Shown piece after piece: positions 25,950 through 38,977 of a stretch of DNA of 64,000 bases. Origin of the DNA: Veleropilina oligotropha. Its lineage: Eukaryota. Each line of letters begins with the position of its first letter. The stretch's first letter is position 1. The notes beneath the pieces are model-generated. The model was not told the origin of the DNA and made no database searches. It saw nothing but the letters and a program-made list of their open reading frames with translations. The position numbers were made by a program, and so were the translations under genes. The stretch lies in the NCBI GenBank assembly GCA_048128005.1, contig JBEUKZ010000131.1:186001-250000 (forward strand), given 5' to 3'.

Positions 25950-27945
25950 GGCCACGCCAGTAGCTGAGTGCAGACTCTTAATTAACTCGCTTCACTGCTC
26001 CGTCTTCAGCTTAATGTTCGTTGCAATGATATTTACAACATATTATTATGAAATATAGTCAGTGAGTTACCTATCATATCATCCTAAAGATGCGTCACAG
26101 TAAAAAAAAACACTCACCGCAGGGCTCAGATTCGTAGGAGTGGGTTTTGTGTCACAGTTGTCCATAACTGTCCGGTATGGGTGAACTATCTTGGCGACCA
26201 GGCTTTCCTCAAGCATTAATAAGGACATGTCCGGTATGGGTGAACTATCTTGGCGACCAGGCTTTCCTCAAGCATTAATAATGACATGTCCGGTATGGGT
26301 GAACTAGCTTGGCGACCAGGCTTTCCTCAAGCATTAATAAGGACATGTCCGGTATGGGTGAACTATCTTGGCGACCAGGCTTTCCTCAAGCATTAATAAG
26401 GACATGTCAGGTATGGGTGGACTAGCTTGGCGACCAGGCTGTCCTCAAGCATTAATAAGGACATGTCAGGTATGGGTGGACTAGCTTGGCGACCAGGCTT
26501 TCCTCAAGCATTAATAAGGACATGTCAGGTATGGGTGGACTAGCTTGGCGACCAGGCTGTCCTCAAGCATTAATAAGGACATGTCAGGTATGTGTGGACT
26601 AGCTTGGCGACCAGGCTTTCCTCAAGCATTAATAAGGACATGTCAGGTATGGGTGGACTAGCTTGGCGACCAGGCTGTCCTCAAGCATTAATAAGGACAT
26701 GTCAGGTATGGGTGGACTATCTTGGCGACCAGGCTTTCCTCGAGCGTTAATAAGGACATGTCAGGTATGGGTGGACTATCTTGGCGACCAGGCTGTCCTC
26801 AAGCATTAATAAGGACATGTCTGGTATGGGTGGACTATCTTGGCGACCAGGCTGTCCTCAAGCATTAATAAGGACATGTCAGGTATGGGTGGACTATCTT
26901 GGCGACCAGGCTGTCCTCAAGCATTAATAAGGACATGTCTGGTATGGGTGGACTAGCTTGGCGACCAGGCTGTCCTCAAGCATTAATAAGGACATGTCAG
27001 GTATGGGTGGACTAGCTTGGCGACCAGGCTTTCCTCAAGCATTAATAAGGACATGTCAGGTATGGGTGGACTAGCTTGGCGACCAGGCTGTCCCCAAGCA
27101 TTAATAAGGACATGTCAGGTATGGGTGAACTAGCTTGGCGACCAGGCTTTCCTCAAGCATTAATAAGGACATGTCTGGTATGGGTGAACTAGCTTGGCGA
27201 CCAGGCTGTCCTCAAGCATTAATAAGGACATGTCTGGTATGGGTGAACTAGCTTGGCGACAAGGCTTTCCTCAAGCATTAATAAGGACATGTCTGGTATG
27301 GGTGAACTAGCTTGGCGACAAGGCTTTCCTCAAGCATTAATAAGGACATGTCTGGTATGGGTGAACTAGCTTGGCGACCAGGCTGTCCTCAAGCATTAAT
27401 AAGGACATGTCTGGTATGGGTGAACTAGCTTGGCGACAAGGCTTTCCTCAAGCATTAATAAGGACATGTCTGGTATGGGTGAACTAGCTTGGCGACAAGG
27501 CTTTCCTCAAGCATTAATAAGGACATGTCTGGTATGGGTGAACTAGCTTGGCGACCAGGCTTTCCTCAAGCATTAATAAGGACATGTCTGGTATGGGTGG
27601 ACTAGCTTGGCGACCAGGCTTTCCTCAAGCATTAATAAGGACATGTCTGCTATGGGTGAACTAGCTGGGCGACCAGGCTTTCCTCAAGCATTAATAAGGA
27701 CATGTCTGGTATGGGTGAACTAGCTTGGCGACCAGGCTTTCCTCAAGCATTAATAAGGACATGTCTGGTATGGGTGAACTAGCTTGGCGACCAGGCTTTC
27801 CTCAAGCATTAATAAGGACATATCTGGTATGGGTGAACTAGCTTGGCGACCAGGCTGTCCTCAAGCATTAATAAGGACATGTCTGGTATGACCGTGAACG
27901 GTGTTAAATTGGGATGTTAAGCTTCCGTCCAAACCAAACACAATA
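25950..27945 (+). mobile_element. SINE family A copy inflated by an internal 59-bp tandem array
   Basis: Head gccacgccagtagctgagtg at ~25951, body cacagttgtccataactg just before the array, SINE-like tail just after it. Confidence 0.65.
26171..27890. repeat. 59-bp minisatellite, ~29 copies
   Basis: tc(c/a/t)ggtatgggtg(a/g)acta(t/g)cttggcgaccaggct(t/g)tcctcaagcattaataaggacatg repeated without spacers. Confidence 0.97.
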
Positions 27946-28594
27946 CAATGCGCTTTCTAAACCCGAACAAATTCTATTTAAAGCAGAGATCTGATATTTG
28001 ACTTGGGATGAATTTGGGAAAACCTGACTGTATGATAACCAGTGGATCAGTGTGGAATAGGATACATTCGGAGTGAGAACAAAAACCGGATCGATTTTCA
28101 TTTTTTAAAAGTTCAATTTCCTGTTTCAAAACTATTATTAAATGCATAATAGGGCTTATTTACATAGGAGCGACTCCAAAGTGATTCATGAAATTCTGCT
28201 TGTTATCAGTTATAATCAATCATTAAATTTTGAATAATAAGTATTGATGCAGGTTTGGTTCTTAATTAAATTAAGCCATTACTGACAGTCAGTGACAATC
28301 CTGCTTGCATCTGGCATCTACACTACACTTACTTTGTTTATGTCTCCACTTGGAGTTACATGTGGTTTAAAATTGTTCACAGGCTTATATTTATAAATTA
28401 TTACAATATAAGACTTCATATAATACCAAAGATATCGGTTCATTTTAATTTAATGGATTAAATTTCAAACTGCTTTTCCTGTATCTATCATTGATGAATA
28501 CATATCCCTGACCTATATTGGTGAACCTAAAACTCATGAAGAGGATTTTGGATACTTTATGTCCAGTTTAAACAACCTTCGGTACTATATTCAT

Positions 28595-28835
28595 ATCAGG
28601 AAATGCCCAAATTATTGCAGGAGGAAAACCCAGTCTCCCGGGGAAACCTGCATCATTGGCCTGTAGGCCTATGGACAATTACCGTATTTCCTTGAATATA
28701 CGACCAGGCATTTATTTTATTCTCGAGGCTTTCAAGGGGGGGGGGGTATGATTGTTAAACGTTGAACACGCTCCTGTTGGATAAAGCAGTCAAGCGAGTG
28801 AATTCAGAGTCTACACTCGGCTACCGATTTGACCC
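28595..28835 (-). mobile_element. Degenerate, interrupted SINE family A copy, minus strand
   Basis: Reverse complement reads ggtcaaatcggtagccgagtgtagactctgaattcactcgcttgactgc...ggtttccccgggagactgggttttcctcc. Confidence 0.6.
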
Positions 28836-29554
28836 TCGTAATAAGGAGGCAAATACATTACAGTTTATTTCATTTAAACATGGATTATCTTCGAGAACTA
28901 TTCTGTATGAAAGAAATATCTACAAAGTATAGATGTGAAGTTGTGAACAGAATGTGGTTCTTTGTTATATAAAAACTTAACATTTTTTAAAATTTGAATA
29001 TTTTTACTTGCTTGTTAACTTGCAATACAGGCTTCTGGTCTTGTAATGTGTAGTTACATATTGTATATCTGTTTTAGCTTAATGTTCTATCATATTTGTT
29101 TGGGTCCAATTTGTGATCAAGTTAGGGATAATTATTGTACTTGTTCGTGGTTGTGAAACACATATCATCTATGTGCTACATAGATTTACATGCTTTATAT
29201 TGTTGTTATTGGTATTATTATTATTGATGTTCTATTTCCAGAATGTTGCTACATTTGTATTGTTTACTTGTTCGTGTGACACTTTGGGTTCACTGTCAAC
29301 AACTCTGGACATCCATGTTCACCACTTTAACCGCTACTGGCAGATATCAATCCTGTTATCCTCATTAACCATCGTCGGCATATAATATTTCTGGTTACAT
29401 CACTTCCATATAATTTCCTCTTATTGCTTAATCCTTTCATAATCTCAATATTTCAGAGAAGTATTTACAAATGCAATTTGCCTTCCAGGAGCTTCAGAAA
29501 TAACTTAATATATTTTTTGGTGAAACTTGACGTGAACTGTTTGGTTAATTGTAG

Positions 29555-29823
29555 AACCGCACCCCGTTGTCGAGAGTGAACCCAGACCAGTAGAAGACGA
29601 ACATGAACCAGAAGTCATACAAGAAAGTCCAGTTACGGAGAAACCTGTAGAGAGTTCCGCGTCCACTTTAGGTTGGCGTCCCACAAACGTTGAAGATGCT
29701 AGCATGCAGACCTTTTTGATGGCCATTGTTTTGGTGATGTTACTATTTCGGTTCTTGGTCTGGCTATTCAACTTCGGAAGCTGTTTCTGGGGTTGTGTGT
29801 TCTTTTGTTCAGGGAATACCTAG
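29555..29823 (+). CDS. Candidate alternative terminal exon: P/E/V-rich linker, then hydrophobic TM-like segment and stop
   Basis: Acceptor ttggttaattgtag|aa, phase 1. Translates PHPVVESEPRPVEDEHEPEVIQESPVTEKPVESSASTLGWRPTNVEDASMQTFLMAIVLVMLLFRFLVWLFNFGSCFWGCVFFCSGNT*. A weak internal donor g|gttggc at 29672 is an alternative. Confidence 0.6.
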
Positions 29824-32800
29824 ATGTGCTTGTAAGTGCAAATGTAACAAAACCAAAACATTTTGTTGTTAATATAAACATCTCTTTCAACTTAGCAAGA
29901 TAAACAACCTGTCAAAGTTTAAGTACCTTAAATTATTATTATGAACTATTTAAATTAAAAATATTTTTATGAATGATACAATACATCATTACATGAAACA
30001 AAATATAAATCATTTATATATTCTGCATGTCCAATACTTTCGATTTCGAATTGGTGCGGCTAGGAGTGACGGACCCTCTCTCCTGCTAATATATTGCCAT
30101 ACAGTATTTGGTTTCTTTACATTGAGCTCTTATTGTACAAAAGCACAACTAGATATTTCCTTTGAACGAGCATAGTTTATTTGTACGATGCATAAATATA
30201 AGCTAAGATCTAAAAGCCAGAAGCCAAGAACCATTTTATAATTTGACCAAAGCCTTGCTCTATTTGGTTTGATGTCACTGGCATGATTGAATTTTATTTT
30301 ATTTTTAACCACAGGCTGATGCCATTCAATTAGATGTTTATTTTATTGTGAGCAGCCATTTTCTAAGTCTATAGTTTTAAATAAGTGTATATTTTATGAA
30401 GGCAATTTTACAATGCTTGCAATCATATATTCATAAATAAATGAACATTTATCTTTGAATACCTGACATTCAAAGAATTTATGATTGATTGAAACAGAGT
30501 TTTATTGAATCAAGTCACTTCATCGCTTTGTCATAGAAGACTTTATGTAAAATAAGATAACATTATATTTTAAGTAATGTAGATTTTTAAACCTATACAA
30601 ATATTTCTTCTTTGAAGAACTTTTTTCAAAGTGTCTATTTTTCTATTTACGTTGAAAAAAGTGCTTTTTATAAATATTTTTTATGTTAGATTTTACTAAC
30701 ATATGTAGATAAACTGCGTTAACTTTGAGAATGGCTGACATGTAGCCTGTATTGGTATAAGCAGATGAGCCGAATGTTCATGTGGCTGACGCAAATAGAT
30801 TAATGCTCTGTACGCAGGCACCCGTCGATGCGCCTCATTTTCATTTGTAACATAGTTGTAAAATATAGATGCATATTTTTGTAACAACCCTCATTGTGTG
30901 ACTTCAGCTTCATGTTTGAATAAACTGGTCTATTAATGTCGATCACTTGTGTTGTATCTTTGTTCACAAGTTGCCAGTGCGGATCTATCATTAGACGATG
31001 TGCTCTCGTGACGTGACAACGACCTCAAACCAGATGCTTTACGCATGCGCTTTGCTTACATAAAACTGGTCAGAATGAATTCTCCTTCAAATCTAATTCT
31101 TAATGAGCCATTATTACTTAACAATGTTCCAACATTTAATATAAAAATAGTTTAAATATATTCTGCATGTTATTAAATACTGTATTCTCTTCAATATGAA
31201 TTTATCAAATGAATAAATTTTGAGTTCAGTTTTTGCATGTGACATTCATGGATTTGTTTTATCAGGAAATATCTTTGATCCTATATATTTCCTTTTTCTA
31301 TTTGAACATTGTTTAAAATTCGTGTATTTAATGCTTGATACTTCAAATTATGGTTAACTGTGATAGCTCTCATATTGGTTAGGTTGCAAATTTAAGTCTT
31401 TAAATTTTTTGTATCATTATTTCGACACTTATTTAATGAAACTCCTGCATTTCTTGCTCCCATATCAAGTGAAAGAACACTGTGCATTTCTGTCGTAGCT
31501 AGATATTTTCTTCAGATAATTCATCTACTGTGATCAGATGTTTCTGAACGGCATTTGAGGAGAATGTCATTCTAACCTGTCTCTCTCCTGTTATTTCGGC
31601 TCACCTGCTTTGACCTCTGGCGATATTGCACCACATAAATCTGCATGATGTCATGCATTCGTTAACAATTGTTGTATGCCTATATTGAACGCTTGTTTAT
31701 TGCATGTATTTATGTATTCACAGGTGATTGTCGATGTGTGTAGGTATTTTATTATTGCAATACCTGACGCAAACATATATCACTATATTTTTAAATGTCA
31801 TGTTCAAATACATCTTGTTGCATTGTATATATTTCCATTGCCACTGCTGCTGATGTGGATGTGTTATTGTACGAATTAATATCAACAAGTATCACACGTT
31901 TCATGGGATTCGCAAAATATTATGTCTGTAATTTCAAATGTAAAGAATGTTTTTTAACAAAAGGTTATTCATGATAAATGCTTGACATATTTGTAAAAAA
32001 CATCTCTCAGTACAAGGTTACCTAAGTTTCAGTAAATGTGTTATAATTAATATGCGATATCAGTCTGTATGTCCTATAGTCCTGCGAGGAAACCCCAGGT
32101 AATCGGTAACAACAAGAGAAAAAACATGAGGACAGTTCATTGTTATCTGTTAACGAGATGATTGTTATAATACAATGGATGTTCCATAGTGTAACATATT
32201 TTGGAACCACATTGTTGTCTCTAAGGAGTTTTACCAATAATTAATTGCAATGGCATATACATGCAGCCATAGAACAGACTTCACTTCTAACTTTGTTCAG
32301 CCTATCATGAATCAAATATTTATACATGTGCATCTGGAACCTTCCTACATATTAACTGGTGATGCTGATTTCAAAGTGTCAACCACAAATGAGTGATTTC
32401 CAGATTACTTTCATGATCATATCAGCAGCAGTAGAGAAACAATACTAGTGAGCTTTTTATGTAAGTAGAGATCTGTATATACTGACTGTTAATGTCACTT
32501 TGTGACATAATTTTATTTGATCATGACCGACAAACTGTTTGAAATGTGGACGTGTTTGATATTAGCTGTTGCGAAGAACATTAGACATATCAGACTGCAG
32601 ATTCTGTAGTATGTGGATTGCGACAGGTATGTTTGTCAATTGTGTGTAATGCTGTGGTTTGGCATGCATTGCGTTGATTGTTCAAGTGTCACTGTGTGTA
32701 TGTGTCATAAGACAAGTGTGTTCTATGTTCCCTGACACCCTTTTTTTAAATGCACATAGGACGTGGTATTAAATAGGAATTTTCCTTTCAGCTAATGCAC

Positions 32801-33468
32801 CTGCAATCATTTCTTATAAACAACTTAATTTTGATATTGGTCATTAAATTTTCATACTAATATATTAACATTAGCAATCAATCCTGCATCTATTTATATA
32901 CCATTTTTAGACAAAAGTAATGATATATGTTTTACTTTATATTTTTAAAACAAGTAGGTTTATAATTTAAATTTGAGTGATTAAGCCACTTCATAAAAAA
33001 AACGTAATACTGTGTAGCTATTTTTGTTGTCTTGCTCATGCAATTAATAATTATGATACATTTTACAAGTAACCCATGAACACGTTTTAATATTGGAAAA
33101 ATTTGATTAACTTCAAAAATGAATAATTATTTCCCTAGCATTTAGTACTTTTGTGTGTGCATGATTCCTTATCTACGGTAGCATACTATCCGTTCTTGTT
33201 TACCATACAACGTTTCTTCCACTTGCTTATGCTGCTCTTCTCTGCTTTGCTCTAAACATTGCTAAACTTGCTAATATCTCGCTCATAGAAATTTGGTTTT
33301 GGTCTAAGAGTATGACGTCACGTAGAGCACGCAATGATGAGCAGAATTGATGATGCCCAAGGCCAGTGGTCGTCGTGGACAATATCCGGAGAGATATTAA
33401 AGACATTACCTTTTATATCGACAGTATCACAATAGTGCATCATCCACTGAATAGCTTCACCATTTAAT

Positions 33469-33809
33469 TAGACCCTGCAGAATTATGCGCTAACTGTCTT
33501 CAGGTTATGCGAAAATTAAACAGCATATTATGCACCCAGATTATTGAAATTATGCAACAATATGCACCCAAATTAATGAAATTATGCAATAATATTCAAC
33601 CAAATTAATGAAATTGTGCAATATAATTCAAATGGATGTTATTTATGAAGTCGAACAGAATTAAGTGTTTCACGAATAAATATGCTTGAAATTAACATTT
33701 ATTTGGAAATTTATAAGATTCTTTCACGTTATTGCTGAAAAATGGTAAATTATGCACAAAAACATCGAAATATTGCAATTATGCAAATCGCATAATTCCG
33801 CGTGGTCTA
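33469..33809. mobile_element. MITE with ~21-bp TIRs and internal aattatgca repeats
   Basis: TIRs tagaccctgcagaattatgcg / cgcataattccgcgtggtcta, with tttaat on both flanks. Confidence 0.7.
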
Positions 33810-36454
33810 TTTAATATGGTGCGAGCACCATTGCCAAGTTATGTATATACTTTTCACACAGTTTAACAGACAGCATGCACATGGACGCATCTTTTGCGCA
33901 CAGCGGCTTTCTGAAGGTCTTCAATCTTCATGACCACGGGAATCTGTCAATGTCAACACATCGCACACATGCATGGCTTTTAATGACTTACACAATTAGC
34001 ACAATCTCAGGTAGCACTGGGTGGCTTGTAACTGATGATGTCAGTCGTGTGACATCATAATAGCATATAATATTCTGACTTGCAAAGTTGGTGGTGGTGT
34101 ATCGATGTAACACGTAGTTTGCATATGCGACTAACTGATATCATTGAAAAAAAAAACTTAAAACTTATCGCGTGATAACGTCACTTTATCTGCAAAATAC
34201 TCTTGCCGATACCACACTATAGGTATTCTCGTTGATGTTTTACAAGAAGTCAGTTCAGCGCAATGATATTCATTTAACACCACCAAGTTCATAAAAGCAT
34301 AGCAGTTTCAACGTATTGTCAATGACATTTCGAGTGGAATAATGGTACCTTATATAAATCGGCATTTGTGGACGATGCTCGACCAGATATTCTGCGAAGG
34401 TTTACAATGGAATAACAAATTACAACATCGTATCACTGAAGAATTTGATGGGTGAATGTCAGATGATAACCTACCAATGTGTAATCTATCTATTGAAAAT
34501 GGTGGATAAGACTGATCAAAGTTACATGCGATTTGCACAGTTCAATTTATCACCAGCATGCTCTACGGCAGCTGGATCCTGACAGCGGGCATCGAAATGA
34601 CCAGATAATTTGAAATCAAATGCGGCCGAAATATCGGCGGAAGTTCCTGAACTGCGCGTCTGAGTGTACATCATTGTTGATCTCGACGATCCCTCTTGTT
34701 GAAAAGAACGAAGCAACTGCTAATGTGGTTCTGACAGCTCGCAATGTTCACACCAAGATCATCAGACAACGTACTATATAAAGAAAGATATGCTCGCTGG
34801 AAAAACTATAGTCACAGCATAATGAGTGTGGGGCCATGGACATACCAGATCTTGGAGACCGGCACCTCCCTACGTCCTTCTGGATTTTTGGCTTACGAGA
34901 ATGATGTTGTTTAATCACCTAGCTGCATTTTGCACGACGCTATCTAAATTTGCAATGCAAATACGTTCGAACAGAGAATAATGTGGAAGTTGTTGAAATT
35001 TCAAAAGCGATGTACCAATAAGCAAACAATGCTGATTATTCGACTATGCCGATATATGTTTGGTTAAGTTGTCGTGGCTTTAAATAAATTGATGACATTG
35101 CTTATTTTATCATGATAATAGATTTGTCTTAACAAAATATATTTACGTTCAATAATTGAAGAGCTAAATGCTCCAAACAAGACATTTACAAAACACCATT
35201 TGATACTAAGAAAATGGTAATTCACTAGTTTAGCATATGACACCGCAATTTCAACGAAGAAGAGCGTGAATAAGCTACATGTATATCTGATAACTTGGAT
35301 GGTGTCGCCGTGTAAGAACAACATTGGTACACATGGTGGAAATCGAGTGTGATTGTCGCGTAATTGGAGCTTGATCACCTACGAGTAAAGTTGAGCGGAT
35401 CCGACTGTTTGCAACCCTCCTGATATATATACAACCAAATCTTATTAACTGGACCATTATACGTCAACGGTACGCGTAACAACCAGTATGATTAAGAAGA
35501 CGTGGTGTATAGAAGACAAGAAAGAACTGCTTTCTGACCCTATGTTATTTCGTAGTCTTATCAGGCGTTTGTTTCATCAAAGTGTATAATGCAGGTCTGT
35601 TGAGCAACCTCGATCCTGCCTTCATGTGTGATCATCATTTTCGTAAGTCTGGCATAAATACAACGTCGTTGTTCCTTTTGTCCAAACCGGGTTTTTGTCC
35701 TAATAAATCGTTAAAGTAAATTAGTCTGATATTGCATGGACGCTTGTGCGTAATTCAGAATTTGATATCCATTTTAATACACTTATCTTCGAATATGATT
35801 TCATGGAACAATTGTTTAAAAAGTGATTGAATAATTTCTGCTCCGTATATTTGTGGTTCAAATTAATCGGCGCATCGATATTTTCAAGTCTCCAGCATGT
35901 GGTCTTCTAGGGCAGACGATGTATCGAATCCTTCATGGTTGCGTTTGGATATCGTTTGATTGAGTGCGTAGTTTACTTTGTTGCGTGTCCTGCAGACTCC
36001 TCAATGTTTGATTTGTTTCGTTTTTGCCATGATTGATTGACATTCACCTGGTAATTAATCATTTGTTTCCTTCTGAAGAGTTTTTGCAATGTTTATTTCT
36101 GAGTTTTGACATTGAAATCCGTGTCATTTGTCAATTACGACACTACTTGGAAAAAAAAAACCCATCACATTGATGCGCGGAAGAGTTGCAGACTTGAATT
36201 AACTATCAGCGTTTCTGGTGGTAGATGTGGAGATATTGGCCTTTTAAAGTGATACCAATAAAGAATTTATTTGCAATATATATCTTATATGAGAATGAGT
36301 CCTGTGTAGAATCTCTGGGTACGCTTACCGTTTATAACATCGAAGTGGAGGTATCGGTCTACTGGATAATGCAAAGGGAACGAGCCGTCGTTTATGTACA
36401 TTCCATACTTGAACAAGGCTATTCGCCACTGCGTTGCATCGAACACCTATTCAG

Positions 36455-36740
36455 AACCATTCCGTGCTGGTAGCTGAGTGCATTCACCGATCAGAACCGT
36501 TCCGTACTGGTAACCGCTACTAGTGTGCGTACCACGATCGCAACTTCCGTACTGGTAACCGCTTCTAGCGTGCGTACCACGATCGTAACTATTCCGTACT
36601 GGTAACCGCTTCTAGCGTCCGTACGACGATCGTAACTATTCCGTACTGATAGCCGCTTCTAGCGTGCATACGACGATCGTAACTATTCCGTACTGATTGC
36701 CGCTTCTAGAGTGCGTACCACTATCAGAACTATTCCTTGC
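36455..36740. repeat. ~47-bp minisatellite, ~6 degenerate copies
   Basis: ttccgtactggtaaccgcttctagcgtgcgtaccacgatcgtaacta at 36545, 36592, etc. Confidence 0.85.
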
Positions 36741-37981
36741 TCATAGCCTTCGGATGTAAACACAGTTTCGTTCTCTTATATATACGTCCTTTCGGAATTT
36801 AATTCGGTCAATAATTTAAGTGTTGTACAATACTGAGAACATGCAATTCTAATCATGTCCGCCCTTGGTCACGAACAATGTTCTTTTATGACTAATCGAA
36901 ATCGATCACCATTCATTCATGGATAATATAATACGATTGAGTTCTACTCGATTTGGGAATCATTCGGCAATTCTGTGAGCACATCATTAGATAGAATTAT
37001 AATAGCAGACCTCGTCGTATCTGCAACGCTAGTTGTTTCTATCGTACTGTTATTGCTGGAGTCAAATTGTGTAGTTTTGCTATGCGCGCATTTGTTACCT
37101 GCTTTTCCTGCTAATTCGAAAATAGATCCACAGTATAAATGCGATATTGGCCTACCAGGATGCAGGGTGCAAAAATAGTCAAACAATCGGTGATAAGTGT
37201 TTGTCGTACAGGGATCGTATTCCCTTCGTCAACTAAATCCAAGTGACTTCGCACTCTGTAGGCAAAAATAACATGCTTTCGATATTAACCAACAATATTA
37301 AGGTATGGCTTTGTGCTGTAATATTCTGTACTACTGCCACTTTTTTCGATATTTAACTGCATGTTTACTAGTGTGTAAATTAGCGAAAATTCCTGGATAA
37401 TAAAGCAGGAGTTCATCTAATGTATATTATTTAGTTTAAAATCATTCGTTTATTTATATGAAGTTTCGATGTTACTTCTATGAGTTAAAACTAATTATGG
37501 CCCTCTTTTTTCCTGCGCACTATTAAATTATTTAAAATATTCCACGATTTTATATTGTGCACATAAGCGTAAGTATTTGGAAAGAAGTCAAACCTGTTCT
37601 TCTGTAGGTCAAAATTACGTTTAATAATTATTATTAATATTGTAAAAATTTAACATGTTCTTTTACTATTTATCTAAATGGAATTATCTTCAAAATATAA
37701 AACAAATTAATTTGTTTTTAAATATTGATTGTATATACTATCGTAACATAGTTATATAATTACATGTTGTATCGAGTTCGGGCCTAAATTGAAACCAAAC
37801 TATGAGGTAAAAATCATAAATGAGGTATCATAATAGCCTAAATAGTTTAATTTAGTTCTCATTGTTAATATACCACTAACACAACTCTTTGCTTGAGTCA
37901 CATTTTCGTGATATATTTGATTTTGCCTGACTGTGAACGTAACTATTCTATATCTACTATTGGCGTACCCCTGTTTTGTAG

Positions 37982-38977
37982 AGCCCGCACCCGATACCGA
38001 GGAGGGGGTTCAGGAGAGTGAGACGTGGAATGAAGACCTTACGATACAGGTGCCCGAACTCAAAACGGTTGTCCCTGAGATTCCCGAAGAACAACCAAGT
38101 TTAGAAATCTCACTCGAATCAGAACCTGCACAAGTAGTCGAAGACCTAGAGTCATATCCTGAAGAGACAATAGCTGAGTATATCACTGATAAACCATTTG
38201 ATGAAGTAGACATGGTTTTCCAAGTTCCACAAACGATCCAGGAACTTCCAGAAGAGACGCCTCTGACAGAGGAAGTCTCCTTCAGCATCCAACAGAAACC
38301 AGACGATGCTGAAGAAACCATGACTGAAGAATTTTTTACCCAAGCCACGAAAATAACCTTGGAATCCCAGACAACCGTTGTGGAAGATTTTACCGGGAAA
38401 GAAACTGTTTCGGAAAATCTGGAAGCTGTTCCAGATCAAGTAGAAAAGATGACTGTTCTTGATGATCGCCCGCAAGTGACTGAGACTGTTGTCGATATGC
38501 ACGTGACTGCCGTCGAAGACGTAACGAACCTGGAGGAGGAACAAGATCTAAAATCGCTAAAGCCAGACGAGGCTGTCGAACGAATTGTAACCTTTGAATT
38601 GGCCGACACTGACGATACACTTCCTGAGACTGTGGAAGCTCCCATTGAGATCGTGGAAGAAGTGCCAGTTGAACAACCCGTTGAAGAGATTGGCGAAGCA
38701 CCCAGCTTCGTTAAGAACTTGGAGGACATGGAGGTTAGCGAAGGGTCGCCAGTCCGCCTTGAATGCTGTGTCGTCGGTCATCCCCAACCCACAATTACCT
38801 GGCTTTATGATGGAGAGCCCATCGATGAAACGTCAGAATTCGATGTCCTAAACATGGATGATGGTACATGCATCTTAGTGATTCGAGAGACCTTCCCCGA
38901 GGACGAAGGCGAATATGAATGTCGCGCTGTTAACGAACTGGGAACCGCATCCACTAGAGCGGAGCTCTATATTCAAG
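37982..38977 (+). CDS. Titin-like exon (332 codons, phase 1-1): acidic linker plus I-set Ig
   Basis: Acceptor ctgttttgtag|ag and donor caag|gtaagc. ORF 37933..39069. Ig GEAPSFVKNLEDMEVSEGSPVRLECCVVGHPQPTITW..DEGEYECRAVN. Confidence 0.92.

Noticed and set aside
26171..27890. CRISPR-like regular array (also 18381-18786)
   Set aside because: Head-to-tail units with no unique spacers, no cas genes, eukaryotic intron, and the unit derives from a SINE.
29701..29823. KASH domain call
   Set aside because: No terminal PPPX and the tail does not match the KASH pattern; kept only as a generic TM-like tail.
34270..34900. Possible decayed retroelement or nested gene
   Set aside because: Coding-like complexity but multiple stops and no recognisable motif I can support; would need BLASTX.
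37212..37302. Possible exon ending aag|gtatgg
   Set aside because: The phase-1 frame from the acceptor has a stop, and the ATG-led frame ends in phase 0, incompatible with exon 37982.
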